Shown here piece by piece: positions 37,647 to 51,092 of a stretch of 64,000 nt of DNA. The stretch is taken from assembly GCA_965644265.1 (NCBI GenBank), contig OZ286473.1, positions 85,746,001 through 85,810,000 of the forward strand, given 5' to 3'. Made by a program: the position numbers and the translations under genes. Position 1 is the first letter of the stretch. Every line of letters begins with the position of its first letter. The notes under the pieces are model-generated. The model had not been told where the DNA came from. It saw only the letters and a list, made by a program, of their open reading frames with translations, and made no database searches. This DNA is from Glycera tridactyla. Lineage: Eukaryota.

Positions 37647-38214
37647 TTAACACAAGTTGACTTGCTGCTGATTGCATTTGATGAAATTGATCAAAAACGG
37701 CGTCGATTGGCCTCTCTCCATGTTTGAACTGTTGTTTTTCTTGGATAACCTTCATCGGTATTTGCAATTCGCAGACTGGGCGAATAAAAGGAACTTTCCT
37801 GTGACCGAGGATCAGCTCCAATTTGGGGGTGGGCGTTCATTGAAGCATATTCAATTATTAAGTCATAATGGTAACTGGATTCATTTTTTCTGGGTTTTTT
37901 TTCTGAGCCATCATCACAAATCTGTTCATTGCAAAATTGCCACAATCTGTATCTAGTCTGATGTGTCAAAACAATTCCATCCTTTGTAGAAATTGAGCAA
38001 ATGGACAATCATTGCACTTCAATCCAGAGATCATCTAGTTTTAGGTGCAGATCACCAAACAACACAGCTTTTTCAAATTGTGTGATAGCTCATATGAAAT
38101 GTGAAATCACATGACCGGATCAACAAGTGGAATGTGATTCATTTTACTCACTCCCCATGTATTGTCACTATTTTACTACGGATAAATTATGGGCGAGCAA
38201 TTTGTCTGGACATA

Positions 38215-38390
38215 CAGTCTAACCTGCCCTAGGCAGCCACTGTACTAAGCAGCCACCTGCTCTAAGCAGCCACTTTTGAATTTCCCAACGGGGGTTTTCC
38301 ACTATAATCAATCTGCTCTAAGCAGCCACCTGCCCTAAGCAGCCACTTTTTGCCTTCCCAGAGGGTGGCTGCTTAGGACAGGTTTGAGTG
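38215..38390. mobile_element. Tc1/mariner-type MITE with internal CTAAGCAGCCAC repeats
   Basis: TA|CAGTCTAACCTG...CAGGTTTGAGTG|TA. Confidence 0.88.
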
Positions 38391-38559
38391 TACTTTGACT
38401 GGGGGGGGGGGGGAAATAGTGCTCTCAAGGGGAGTATCATGCCCCACCTACAAGTGAATCAGCACAGCTCACTTGTCCTGGAGGCGGGGTTATCCAAATG
38501 CTAGTCCAATGAGAGAGTGTGTAGATTTTGAGGTGGAGCAACTTTTGAGTATATTTACA

Positions 38560-38736
38560 TAGTCAAACCTCTCTATAAAGACCGCCTTCGGTCGCATCAA
38601 AAAGTGGCCTTTATAGGGAGGTGGTCTTTATAGAGAGGTCATTTACTGTTGAGAATACTACCACAGTCGCAGCTCAGGTGGCCTTTAGAAAGAGGTGGCC
38701 TTTATAGAGAGGTGGTCTTTAGAGCAGGTTCGACTG
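38560..38736. mobile_element. MITE, reverse orientation relative to 25531/26273
   Basis: AGTCAAACCTCTCTATAAAGACC...GCAGGTTCGACTG|TA. Confidence 0.85.
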
Positions 38737-40344
38737 TATGTGAAAAATAATGAAACCAAAAAGCAGTCTCTCAAAAAGGTGGGCTCTCGTCGGGGGTATA
38801 TTTGACTGTGTCACATAGAAAAGACTTGCATGGCTAGGATATAGCAAACTTCATTTTCAACTCAATATTGATGTTTTTACATTGTATATTTAGTCATTAT
38901 ATTTATGTACTATTCACCAGAAAACTTTGTTGGATGTGTCGTCTGACACCTGCAAATTCTCTTATCAAGCCGTGAGTACACTGGAAACTTTGTACCACGG
39001 ACGCTACTAATCATCTTAACTAACATACTGATGTAATGTTCCATGGTATTTATAAATAAATGTATCTCAATCTCGAAAGCTGCCCTGGAACAGCACTCCC
39101 CCTATTGGAGGTGGTCTCTCATCGCAGATCTAAATTAGTAGGAAGTTGGTAGCATTCTCACAACAGATTGATTGCAATCCAGAGTGTCGAGGAAGTTCAC
39201 TCCATACAAACTCGGTGCTCTATCTCCACTAAGTTTGGTCTGATTTACATGATTCAAAATCCAAAATAATCAATATGTATTCAATGTGGCATGTTAAAGA
39301 GAAATAAAACATGAATTTCAGCAGACCCATGGAACACTCAAATCCCTGTGATCCATGTTACCCTTGTCAGAATCGACTTTGTTGCCTTCAATTATTAAAA
39401 TAAAATTATTATTGAAACAACACCCTGGCCATCATTTTCTTGAATATATTTCTCTATCTCAATTGCCCTTTTTCATTTACATTATGGGCACAAAATCGCC
39501 CACCTGCTGTCATAAGTCAGGCATCAATGATATGAGGCAATGATTGTCATGATCTTCATTATCTTCTCATACTGTTTTTTGCCATTGTTTTCTCTCTGCA
39601 AGTTGATGTCTGCACATAATTGCTTGCAATAAAAATGAATATATATACGCAACTGTTGTATGATTCATTTCCATTTGAGAAACTTCCAACATTTTTCAGG
39701 AATGTCCATCATTTTTCAGAAATGCCCAACTCTCTCCAACTGACTAATCAATTGATGTAAATCTTTATAAGTTTGCAAAATAGGTATCAATCCCTAACAC
39801 TAGCAGTTCAAAATGTATTCCGGCAAGTGGTCAGTGATCAGCAGTTTCTGTATTTGCTATCTCGGCAATTGTTTGTGAAATTTTACCAAAATGGGAGATG
39901 CTTAGAATGAAGCTATAATTGGTGTATTGTGACACATAGTTTCATCCAAATCATCATTCATTGTGTGAAAATTTCACAAACAGCTTGGTCACGAGTATGA
40001 CCGGGTGGTCAACTGGCTCACTGGGTGTCTGTATAGGGAGTGAACTGTGCTCCTGGTGGGGGTGTGTAGCTGCTTTCTCAAGTAGTCTGCATAGCCCAGC
40101 ACATAGACAGCTTGCTCCTTCCCAGGCAAGGTGGTCGGAACCATTCTGGAGGTTCTGGTTCAAATCCACCAGAAATTGGATAATTTCCGAAAATGTAATT
40201 CATGCATTCCAATCCTGTATTATCAAACATATTCTCGTTCTTGGCATTTGTCTATGCAAGATGGAGGCTTATGTTTGATCATCTGGTTACTTATTCTTTT
40301 TCAGCATCTGAAATCATTCACGGTGTCAATCCACGAGGGAAAAC

Positions 40345-40585
40345 TCAATCTACACAAAGGCAAGCTGCCTACAGAGGCCACTCTGAGCTGTGACCAAGAA
40401 AGTATTTTTCACAGTGAGCAACCTCTCTACAAAGACCACTTCTCGACTGAGGTTGGTCTTAATAGACAGGTTTGGCTGTACAGCCCCTCTCACACAAGCC
40501 GTATTTTGTCTTTCTACAATCTGGATCTGGGATGAAAAGATATGTGAACATTCGCCTATTTAGAGGGCAGGCTGATTCCAAATTC

Positions 40586-40616
<31 letters not shown>

Positions 40617-40860
40617 GAATTCAATTTTCTCCCATTATATTTCCGATGCATCATATTTCAAAACATTCACAATTATTGAAATTTACTCTTGACAGCAAAA
40701 CTCTGTGGAAACTGCAATGAGAGACCACCCTAAATATCATCAGAAAGTGGTCTCTCAAAAGAGTTGGTCTCTCTCAAATAGGGAGGCCGCCCTGAAAGAG
40801 CGGTCTCCAATCAGAGGTGGTCTTTTGCATTGGGTCCCTCATTGTAGGTTTCACTGCAGT
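40345..40860. mobile_element. Two degenerate CAGT-type MITEs (ending ~40477 and ~40856) flanking a poly-C tract
   Basis: Right termini CAGGTTTGGCTG|TA and AGGTTTCACTG; internal GACCAC/GGTCTC motifs. Confidence 0.6.
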
Positions 40861-43099
40861 CAAACTTGTCCTAAGTATGGAGCCAGAGGTCATGATAGGA
40901 AAGTGTGCTCAGAGTAATACTCTGCTGGGATGAAAAGAAACTCATGGCTTCGCACAAGTCTTGTTTAGAATAAGTTTGACTATATTTTATCAATTCCTTT
41001 CTAACCAAAACATATCAGGCAAATAGCAATTTCCACTGCCATATAGACAAACTATGATTGTCGTTCTAAACAAGTATTTTTATCCAACTAAATTGCATCA
41101 GGCAGTGGAGTCCTACTTTCAAGTCAATCCAAGAAGAAAGTCGAGCGGCCATCTTGAAAATTTCTGGACAGTGAAGCTATCTCTTATGATTTCGAAAGAA
41201 TTATCCCGGCCCAAACTGTTCCAGAATAATACAGATACTCCATGATAGCAGGAATTTCCCTGCTATATAAAGTCTTAGACAGCCCACCAAAGCCATTTTC
41301 TTCACAACCTAAGACTTTTTCCAATGGATTATGCCACCTAAGCCTCATTTACCTATAAATATTCATGCATCTTTGAATCTAGGATTTCCAAACCAAGCTT
41401 TCAAAATTACCAAATGACCCAGTACCACCTAAGCTTCTCAGACGATCAGGGAAAACCCTGGATAGATGGCGCTTATTCTTGGTTTGAACATCACGCAGGC
41501 CATATATACATGGCATACAGGGCATACAGGTGCGATTATCAAGCAGCCAATTGCTTCATTTCCGCCCGGAGATCCGGTCAATGCAACGGACGCTGAGTTG
41601 CTACATACAGGTACCGGTATTAGAGCGGAATGTGTCATTCACACGGACATTCTGACACTGAGAAAGCCAATGGCGAAATCACCACCCATGGCCAAAACTT
41701 GATTGATTCTTTCTTATTTAGCATCATCCTAAATGGATTCATTTACTCGTCTCTTGGCGAGTCTATCAAGAACAATATTTGTGGGTGTTTGAAACTTGGT
41801 TCATTTGAAAAGGGACTCAACCTCACTTATTATGTTGTGTGGGGATTGAATCCGGATCTTCCTCAGTTGCAATTTGCATTTGCACCTAGATTCACACTCA
41901 CTCGTGATTGATTTTAACATCTTTTGTCCATGTCTCTTATTACACTCTTGTCATGAAGAAACACCCAAATACATCACTGTCAATGTTGGCCTTAAAGAAT
42001 AGTGTTAATCTCTTCATGTTCAAAATATCAGCATCAGCGGGTCATGCTCATCGCTTGTTCCACTCTAAGACCTGTATGTAGCCATTCACCTGCCCTTAAT
42101 TAGGCGGGAACACATTTATTACAGGTGAGATATTTGTCAACGTCATGGTGAGAGAGATGAGGCACATAGCATCTGGTTCTTCATGGAGTAACAGCATTAG
42201 GGCAACACAAAGTACATATTAGATATTACAACAAGAAATCACAGTCTGGGGGATAAAACTACAACATCCCACAGGCATGTTCAGATGGAGACTGAATTAC
42301 AAAATTAAAAGATGTTTATACTGTTGGCATATCGTGGGATATTGAAGTTATATCGCATATAATTCATGATTTCTTGACATTGTAGGATATCAGGGGCCAA
42401 GCTCACTATCACGAGTCAATTATATCTTCTGAGTCTGATTACTTGTTGTAACTTTCATATCCACACATTCACATTTTCAAATAAGTGGCTCAGTTGAGGA
42501 GTATTCAAGGTCATCAAAAGTTGGGACAATCTCATCTAATTTGATTGATGATTCCAATCAAAATAGGTTCCTGATCAAAATTCATCAATATCTATCCAAT
42601 GCATTCCGTTAGATCATGTTAATGAATATAAAGTGTGATTCATACAAATTTTGGAAATCAAAAATATTGATGACCGATCATTAAGTCATGATGAAGTGAC
42701 AAGACTAACCTATGATCCAACTTTAGTAGGCCACATTGATGAAGAATAGGGAATTTAGGAAGAATTTGATACAGATACTAAGACTTGGGATAGACAGACA
42801 GATGGTAGAAGTGACAATGCTGGGTCTGTTAGTAAGCTAGGCCCCATGAGTGATGAGTTTAGCACATGCATGCATGTGTGTGTGAGAAGCATCGTGGAAC
42901 AAACAGCCGAAGCATTGTTGGATACATGATCCATCGAGTTTCATAGAGGTTCTTAGTAATAATAACAACAACAATGAAAATAATAATAATTATTATAATT
43001 ATTGATGAATTATTATAATAATGAGAATATATCGCATACTATCAATTGCTATTGGCTTCAGATGCCTATAAGTCTGTTAAAGTGTGTCATGAAGTGAAA

Positions 43100-43262
43100 A
43101 CTGCGACAAGACACTGCACTAAACGTCACCAAAAAGCGGCATTTCAAAAAAGGTGGTCTTTGGAATATTTGACTACGTCAAAAATAACAGCTGCCCTAGG
43201 TACATTGTCTCTTGTCAAAGTTGGTCTTTGGTTGTTGGGTCTCTCATCGCAGGTTTCACTGT
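43100..43262. mobile_element. Degenerate CAGT-type MITE
   Basis: GTGAAAACTGCGA...TCGCAGGTTTCAC inverted ends; internal ATATTTGAC motif as in the 61251 family. Confidence 0.55.
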
Positions 43263-44617
43263 GTCACAACTATGATGAGAATGAAGACAGAATTTATCCC
43301 CTCACAAAATCCAAGTTGTGAACAGAAATGGTTGAAGGAGGTATTTTGTTGAGGTTTAAATGGCATTTGTCAAGCCAACAGATCATGTATGCTGCATGTT
43401 CCTAATGTATGAGAGCTGAACTGAGAGAGGTGTGTGATTCAACCCGTTCCAGGATTTCCATAATTTGGGGCACTCAGTCCATAAAATTGAGAAAAGGGGC
43501 ATTTCTGCACAAAATATGCCAAAGTGGGTTCACTCAATATCTACATGTAGGACCAGATTTTTCAGAGTAGCATCACCCATAAAATGCAAGAATTTCGGCC
43601 TAAAATGAGTGGTTGCTACTCCAAAATCATAGTGGTTGGCATCTCTGTTCAGCGTGTAGGCAATATCATGGCAATACTTTCATGTATCAACACAGAAATT
43701 CACTTGGTCTGATGGGTGAAACTCTAACTGTAGTGCTTTTTAACATTTGCAATAATTCATGCATAGCTGTATACACTTTTCAGACATATAGGAACCATGT
43801 AATGACACATATTCTATAGCACCTCTTGTATGGGAGGAAAACAATGCTGTGAATTCAATTGGAGGCCAAAAGTAGGCATAAAACATGAGGATTTGATTGG
43901 GATGTGTTGCACAGTCATTAAAGACCCCCATGTAATGAAACAAAAGTTTCTGAATTTGAATTTGATATTGAGTAGCATCAATTCAGCCAGCAGCTCCAAA
44001 ATTCAGGCGTGAGTTTTCATTGTTTCTTGGAGGGTGACACGAAGCATGTAAGTCGATATAGCAAATCAGACTTGGATGATGAACAGGTCAGTCAAGACAG
44101 GCATGCCGTAACCATGACAACAATAAAGCTTCAACATTTCTACGGTGACAACATTCAAGCTAAAATCTACAGTCGATATTAATTACCGCCAGTGACCAAC
44201 AACAATGTAGCGAAAACATGAATCAGCCATCTTGAATGAGACTTGTGACCATGGCAACGACGATGACAACAACCAGCCCAACTACGAGTGAGATGCTACA
44301 GTGATGGAAGAACCAGGAGTGCAGCACTACCAAAAAGATGCAGATCATACATGGGGAAGAAAACGGAAATAATTCCACACTGATCCACCAGGAGGCTGCA
44401 CACAACAGGCCTTTTGACACAATGACAAGAAATAGAAGGAAGAATGAGGAGGATTCACACCATCACCATGACAACCAAGATATAATGACAACAAAGCATC
44501 AAGCAGTGGTTTCCGAGGGTGGTCCAAGCTAATTCCAACATGATCTAATAGGTGTCAGCACAGAAGCAACAAGGAGCGCAGGACAAGACCGAGAGTAGGA
44601 CACATGCTGCCACCTAC

Positions 44618-44738
44618 CGGCTAGGGAGCTCATTCCATCGTCAAGGTCGAACTCGGACATGTCACTATCACTGAGACGAGCAACCGAACTCGGTGGAGAG
44701 AGATGATCTTTGTGGTCCATGTCACCGCGACGATATCC
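44618..44738 (-). CDS. RIMS: RIM exon after C2A (GYRRGDMDHKDHLSPPSSVARLSDSDMSEFDLDDGMSSLA)
   Basis: TTTCTTTGCAG acceptor and G|GTAGGT donor; 121 nt, phase 0-1. Resembles RIM SDSEVSDYDCDDG. Confidence 0.92.
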
Positions 44739-44764
44739 CTGCAAAGAAACATCGAGTACTGACT

Positions 44765-45805
44765 TGTTTTCATGGAAAGAAACATTGTATGGTGGGTGTT
44801 TCAGTTGTAGTAACTTGATTTCATGAACAGGAACATTGTATGGTGGTTGTTTCAGTTGTAGTGACTTGATTTCATCAACAGGGGCACCGTATGGTGGGTA
44901 TTTCACTTGTAGTGATTTGATTTCATCGACAGGAACATCGTATGGTGGGTGTTTCACTTGTAGTGACTTGATTTCATCAACAGGGGCACCGTATGGTGGG
45001 TATTTCACTTGTAGTGATTTGATTTCATCGACAGGAACATCGTATGGTGGGTGTTTCACTTGTAGTGACTTGATTTCATGAACAGGAACATTGTGTGGTG
45101 GGTGTTTCAGTTAATAGTAACTTGATTTCATCAACAGGAACATTGTATGATGGGTGTTTCAATTAATAGTAACTTGATTTCATGAACAGGAACATTGTAT
45201 GGTGGGTGTTTCAGTTGTAGTGACTTGATTTCATGAACAGGAATATTGTATGGTGGGTGTTTCAGTTAATAGTAACTTGATTTCATGAACAGAAACATTG
45301 TATAGTGGGTGTTTCACTTGTAGTGACTTGCTTTCATGAAGAGGAACCTTGTGTGGTGGGTGTTTCAGTTGTATCAACTTGTCTTCATGAACAGGAACAT
45401 TGTGTGGTGGGTGTTTCAGTTGTATCAACTTGTTTTTATGAACAGGAACATTGTATGGTGGGTGTTTCTGATGTAGTGACTTGTTTTCATGAACAGGAAC
45501 GCCAACTGAAAGTGGTCTCTCAAGACAGGTGGTCTCCCATTGGAGGTGTATTTGACTATGTCAAATAGCGAAGAGCCGATAAAGAGTGGTCTCCCATTAG
45601 AGGTTGGTCTCCCAAAAGAGGGGTCTCCCAAGACAGGTGTCACTGTAGTAACTTGATTTCATGAACAGGAATATTGTATGGTGGTTGTTTCACTTGTAGT
45701 GACATGTTTTCATAAACAGGAACATTGTGTGATAGGTGTTTCAGTTGTAGTAACTTGTTTTCATGAACAGGAACACCGTATGGTGGGAGTTTCTGATGTA
45801 GTGAC
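44765..45805. repeat. 51-bp minisatellite (GTAGTGACTTGATTTCAT.AACAGGAACATTGTATGGTGGGTGTTTCA.TT), interrupted by a MITE
   Basis: 17-aa periodicity in ORFs 44529-45059 and 44836-45081; visible units. Confidence 0.93.
45501..45645. mobile_element. Truncated MITE, inverted relative to 61251-61427
   Basis: Its reverse complement closely matches the 61251 copy. It ends CAGGTGTCACTG|TA. Confidence 0.85.
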
Positions 45806-46314
45806 ATACTTTCATCCATACGACCCAGTTAGTAGCAACCATTCCACAAGAATCAAAACTGAATCTGAATCTGATTTCAACAAAACCATTTTCATAGTTC
45901 TAAACATGAATCGACACTATCATGCAACCTCAATAGATTGCTCATTTTCTTTCATGATGTACGAGAGGAGACATTCAGCTTCAAGATTTATTCTCTGAGG
46001 TATTTCATTTACATATGTGGTGGTGCGGGGACATGGAGTTATATCTAACTTTTTGAGAAGGTGAGAAGCGAGTCCATTGGAAATCCCATTACATGGGTAA
46101 TAATCAAAGAAAAGAGCTGAAGATCACGCAGCTGAATAAAATTGGAGTTTGTGACTGAAGTTCCCCCAAATATTGAGATGTATCAGCAAGAAATTAGCTC
46201 AAAATGATTCTCCAGTCTGTGACACTTATCCACACTTACATTTTGAATATCGAAGTATGCGATGGACTAGATTAATACAATAAAGGACATGTGAAACATA
46301 TGGGAAATACTTAC

Positions 46315-46416
46315 CTCTCTTGCTCCTCCCATCATGGCTGCCGAGCTCTCAACATGACGTAATGTATGCCATTGTGGTTCATCGTAGAGGTCACATGTTG
46401 CAAGGTCAATCACAAC
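46315..46416 (-). CDS. RIMS: RIM C2A exon 3 (VVIDLATCDLYDEPQWHTLRHVESSAAMMGGARE)
   Basis: TTTTCAG acceptor and GAG|GTAAGT donor; 102 nt, phase 0-0. Matches the RIM C2A end (LDDEPHWYKL). Not in the ORF track. Confidence 0.93.
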
Positions 46417-48239
46417 CTGAAAACATGGCATCTACGATCACACGTAATACAATCAAGTTCAAGGTCATGGCCGCTACAGGGGGGCGAGAGGTGCAGAAGC
46501 AGTGCCATCTGGATATGGAACTGAATACACGCCATCTAGTGGAGAAAACTGAGGATGCAAAATGAAAACAGAGTACTGCCACCTACTGGAAAAATCCATA
46601 TGATATACATGCCATCTAGTGACAAATAAGTAAAACACTCCTACTAACATAATGGGCTATCTAAGGGTTTCAAAAAAAAAAAGCTTCCACACAGAAAGAA
46701 TAGCGAAATCCCGAAATCAGTCTTGCCTAATGACTGTTCTGTGAACCAATACAAAGCAGCTTTCATCATTATGATGTGAATTGGTTTTCAGAAGCGTGAT
46801 GAAAATAAATGGCAAAATATATGTGAGAATTAAAAAAGTGATCCCATTTGATGTCATGAATATTACCAAAGTTTTTATGATACCGAGACTATTTTCAGGG
46901 TTGCTACCGGGATTTCCAGAATTTGGGGCAACCTTCATGTTGATTTTCAGAGCATTATAGCCCCCATATACCCTGAAAAGGCCCCACACTTAACAGAATG
47001 TGTGAAACGCCTGCATATCCCCATTTTGGCTGCAAGCCAGGAATATTCTACAAATGGATGCAATGAATACAACAGCTTATGATAAGAATAAAAAGCTCAT
47101 GCATGAACTATATCCACTCAGCTTAGAAACATGTGAAAAACATTCCCTAATGCGCAACATAAACATGCAAATGTTGGTCCATGTGTTACCAGAAATCCAT
47201 ATCTATCTCTTGCTATACCAGCTCAACCTGATTGATTGATTGATTGGTTGATTGAGTTAGGCCTAAAGTCTTGTCAACCTGTCCCGCAAGTAGCCTCCTG
47301 CTCCAGTAGGCCTTGATGCAGGAAACGAGGGCAGGACAGCAAATTTTGCTGTTGTCACTATAAAATGGAACTTATGGGACATGGGGATAGGTTTTTTACA
47401 CAAATGATAATTCTTTCATAGAACATTGAGGAGATTTTTTGGCAGAACAAGCCATCAAAAATTATGAGAGAATCTCAGAATAAAATCCTTGAAGTAACAG
47501 ATCGATTTAACAGAATTCTCCTTTTTTTCTATGATGTTCTCAGAAGTTCAGAATGTATTTCACCTGATCTGCATTAAAATACATTCAACAATTCATCCCA
47601 CTTTATTAGTCTTAATTTCATTCAATACATTACATCAGTGTTAATTCAATTTGCTCAGAAGTCGATGTTACGGGCTAGAATCAATTCTATTGCTTTTAAT
47701 TTCCAGCAAGACACAACTCATCTCCTGATCAACTGATTTCCAAAATGGGTACCAATTCTTGACACTACTGTACATCACAGATCCAAGTTTGTTTATTTGG
47801 GTTTAACATCCTTTCAACCACCATGGAATATATCACACTGAAAAACAGAAAATGCTGAAGAAAGAGGCATGGCTACCAGGGGCCATCCCTACTCCTTGCA
47901 AAAGACAGCAGTGATTTTTTCACATGCACATAGGAACACACTGCTATACACGTCGAAGATGCAAGGAAAATCTTGACGCTTGAAATAATTGTATTCATTA
48001 GGATGAAATAAAAATTTCTGAATCTAGATCAGATATAGTTGGAGAAAAATTAACGCAGCTGGTACCAGCTGCTTTCCACCCGCAATGCTTGCTCATACCC
48101 AGTTTCGTTCTCAATCATTATTCCATCTCAAAATTATTCCATATCCATAAACCAGATATATTTGGGGCAGAAAAAAACATGACATATATACAATATAAAA
48201 AGAAAACATAAAAACTAGCGGTACAATATGAAACCTTGC

Positions 48240-48385
48240 CCTGTCATATTACCGGTATCACTAGGTATGCTTTCAAATATGATCATGACAATAGTTGTTA
48301 TGCTTGGAAATTATATATTACCGGTATCACTAGGTATGCTTCCAAATATGATCATGACAATAGTTGTCAAGCTTGGAAATTATAG
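48240..48385. repeat. 69-bp direct duplication, 2 units
   Basis: ATATTACCGGTATCACTAGGTATGCTT.CAAATATGATCATGACAATAGTTGT occurs twice. Confidence 0.9.
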
Positions 48386-48769
48386 CAATCCTAGTAGCCA
48401 GTCCAATATTTCAAATTTTATACTCTTCAGAACATTTCTAAGAGAATGGGTACTATCCATTGACTTTCGTCATTGCAAGAGTTATTCTAAAAATGGCTAC
48501 CCTGGACCAAAATGTTGGTTTTTTTTCAGAAGAAAGTGAATACAGACCCAGCTTATACCAACTGATCCCCCGAAAAGTTCTCTGATACACGAAGAGACCA
48601 GGCTAATATTCACCAACCCAGGCAAATGTTTATGGACCGAGGTCAATACTTTGGGACCCAGGCATATATGGAGGGATCCCGTGGAACAATCACGGACCAG
48701 GGCATATTTTCACTGACTCAATTACTGACTATAGTAGACTTTGTCCTAAGCAAGACTTGCCCAAAGCAA

Positions 48770-48975
48770 CAGATTTCTGTTCATCCCACTAGAATATTTC
48801 TCACTATGATTGACCTGTACTGAGTGTGGACTTACACTGAGTAACAGATCCCTGTTCATCCCATCAAAGTATTTCTCATTATGATTGACCTGTACTAAGT
48901 GTGGACTTACACTGAGTAACAGATCCCTGTTCATCCCATCAAAGTATTTCTCATTATAATTGACCTGTACTAAGC
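48770..48975. repeat. 75-bp tandem repeat, about 2.7 units
   Basis: 25-aa periodicity in ORF 48746-48994; visible units. Confidence 0.9.
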
Positions 48976-49380
48976 ATGAACTTCCTGTGAGCACAGATTG
49001 ATCACATCCTTTGACTTTATGAGGTCAAGTCAATCTTGTGAATGATTCAGGATTTTGATTTTATACATGGCACAATAGTATATTGGCTATTAAGTCCATA
49101 CACACGCATGCACGCACGCACACACAAATATGCAGGCACATACACCCAACAACACTCACGCACAATTGCAACATTACATTGTCTTCATGTCCCTGTCGAC
49201 CTTCATTATCTCTAAATCATTCCCCCCCCCCCCCCCCACCCCCCACCTGAAATTCATTGTCACCCGAAGTAAAAACTCCCAAATCAGCCAAAACAAAAAC
49301 AGAAGACTGGAACTATCTGCGACAATAGTTGGTAACATATAAGAGGGAATAGACTATAAGCATCGGGGAGCTCCACCTAC

Positions 49381-49546
49381 CTCCCCAACATATTCGCCGC
49401 TACCGATACGGTCGTAGTCATACACCGTCACTTCAAGAGCACGACTCTGAATATCAGAACGTTTCATCGGCGAATAAATGAACGTCTGGTTCCACTTGGG
49501 CTCCAAAGATCCCGCCACTGTTTTTGTTCGCCGTTTACTCTTCTCA
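49381..49546 (-). CDS. RIMS: RIM C2A exon 2 (SEKSKRRTKTVAGSLEPKWNQTFIYSP...VYDYDRIGSGEYVGE)
   Basis: TTGCAG acceptor and GAG|GTAGGT donor; 166 nt, phase 2-0. LEPKWNQTFIYSP matches RIM C2A. Confidence 0.97.
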
Positions 49547-49914
49547 CTGCAAGTGAAATAAATCAATCAATCAACGGATACTACAAGCCTCGTGAAGGGT
49601 AAAGTATTAAGAGTGTTTCTGAACATTTCATACAGAAGCTCTCAATTGTCCTCAAATCCCATTATCTCTCTAGATCCACAAAAGAGAGGAACGATAACAA
49701 AAACTCCCACGACATTTGCTCAGTTTGTAATCCGGTATGGCAAGAGCTCCTTGTGCATTATTTCTTGTGTTCCAATTGTGCAACTTATTAATAGGCATAC
49801 ATTATTCACTCATGTAAGGATGGAACTTAAATTTGGATAGCATTTTGGGTCACATTTTGGATAGCATTGTAGCTAAGGTCCTACTGTATTGTTATCTGTG
49901 GCAATATGACATAC

Positions 49915-50045
49915 CTGCGGTCGGGCAGAAGATAGAGTTTGCAGTAAGGATTGCGCGTCTGACCGTTATCCCGAGGAGGAAGATCAACCGCGCTGATCAC
50001 AGTTACAATCAACTGATAGCTGGGTCCATCATAGTACATCTTCAC
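49915..50045 (-). CDS. RIMS: RIM C2A exon 1 (VKMYYDGPSYQLIVTVISAVDLPPRDNGQTRNPYCKLYLLPDR)
   Basis: TTTACAG acceptor and AG|GTATGT donor; 131 nt, phase 0-2. Classic RIM C2A N-terminal strands. Confidence 0.97.
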
Positions 50046-51092
50046 CTGTAAACACAAACAAAAACACCTACCATGAACAGAGACCGGGGCCTGCACACCC
50101 TCCCAGTTATCTATCGGGAGTTGACAACCATGTCACTTGATCAGGACCCAACTGTGGATCACATGACAACTCAACAGTGAATCATCGCAGTTGCCACCAG
50201 CCGAGGAAGGAGAAAGGATGCGTTTCTCCAAAAGCTCCAAACATCGACATTTTGCAGTGACTAACATGAAATTTCTACAATATGCATTAAAACTCAGCAC
50301 ACACTTGAGCCATAAACACACCTGTCTTTCAAAATGATGAAATGTGAACTTCTCACTGCATGACCAATGTGATCTCTCTACCAGCCCTTGAACCCACAAC
50401 ACTATGGCTGATGAGGACAGCCAAGACATCAACGCCTTGTAAGAAGATCATCATGGTTCTGCAGTGAGAACTTCATAATCCATTATTTGATCCTAACCTA
50501 ATGATACTTTTCATGGACACCTGTCCGTCTTTTGCAATCAGAATTCGGATCAGATGACCTCAAAATCCTGATGGCAGAAAACACACCAACTCAAATTTCC
50601 TATCAGTTTTCCCCCATTCAAATCTGCATCTCAAACCCTTGTCTGACTCACCGCTGCCCACTGACCTGCTTCTGAATCCATCAGAAATCACTCACAGTTA
50701 GAACGTTTCTCATGTTGATTTGGATATTTGATTTTTTTCGGAAGCCTATCAATATTTTGATCCATGTCAGGTATAGAAAAAAATATCGGTGATGCCAATT
50801 TCAGAGTAGCAATGCTAATAATTACAATGGTACAGTAAGAAAGATCTTGATTTTTCAGAATAGCATCATACGTGAAATGAAAGAAACATTGACTTAACAA
50901 GTGATGACCAAATTCTCTCCCCTGCAGGTATCACTTTAGCGAACCCTGTCCCCACGTTGATGGGAACCAGTAAGGTTGCCATGTGCTGCCAAGTAGCTGA
51001 GAGTTCAAACACACCTCTACTACATCTTACATTATGATTGGATGGTGCCGAGATCAAGAATTTGCGCCAAATATCCACTACTGAAAGCCTAC

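Noticed and set aside
40920-43000. Non-repetitive, transposon-like intronic sequence; searched for an extra RIM exon
   Set aside because: No ORF with recognisable homology or convincing phase-1 splice pair; exons 44618 and 37106 already join in frame.
44529-44617. Read-through after exon 44618 as a C2A-terminal isoform
   Set aside because: Only 29 codons, with no homology and no clear poly(A) support.
44739-45059. Repetitive N-terminal part of the 176-aa ORF (KHPPYDVPVDEIKSLQV)n
   Set aside because: Intronic 51-bp minisatellite upstream of the true acceptor at 44738.
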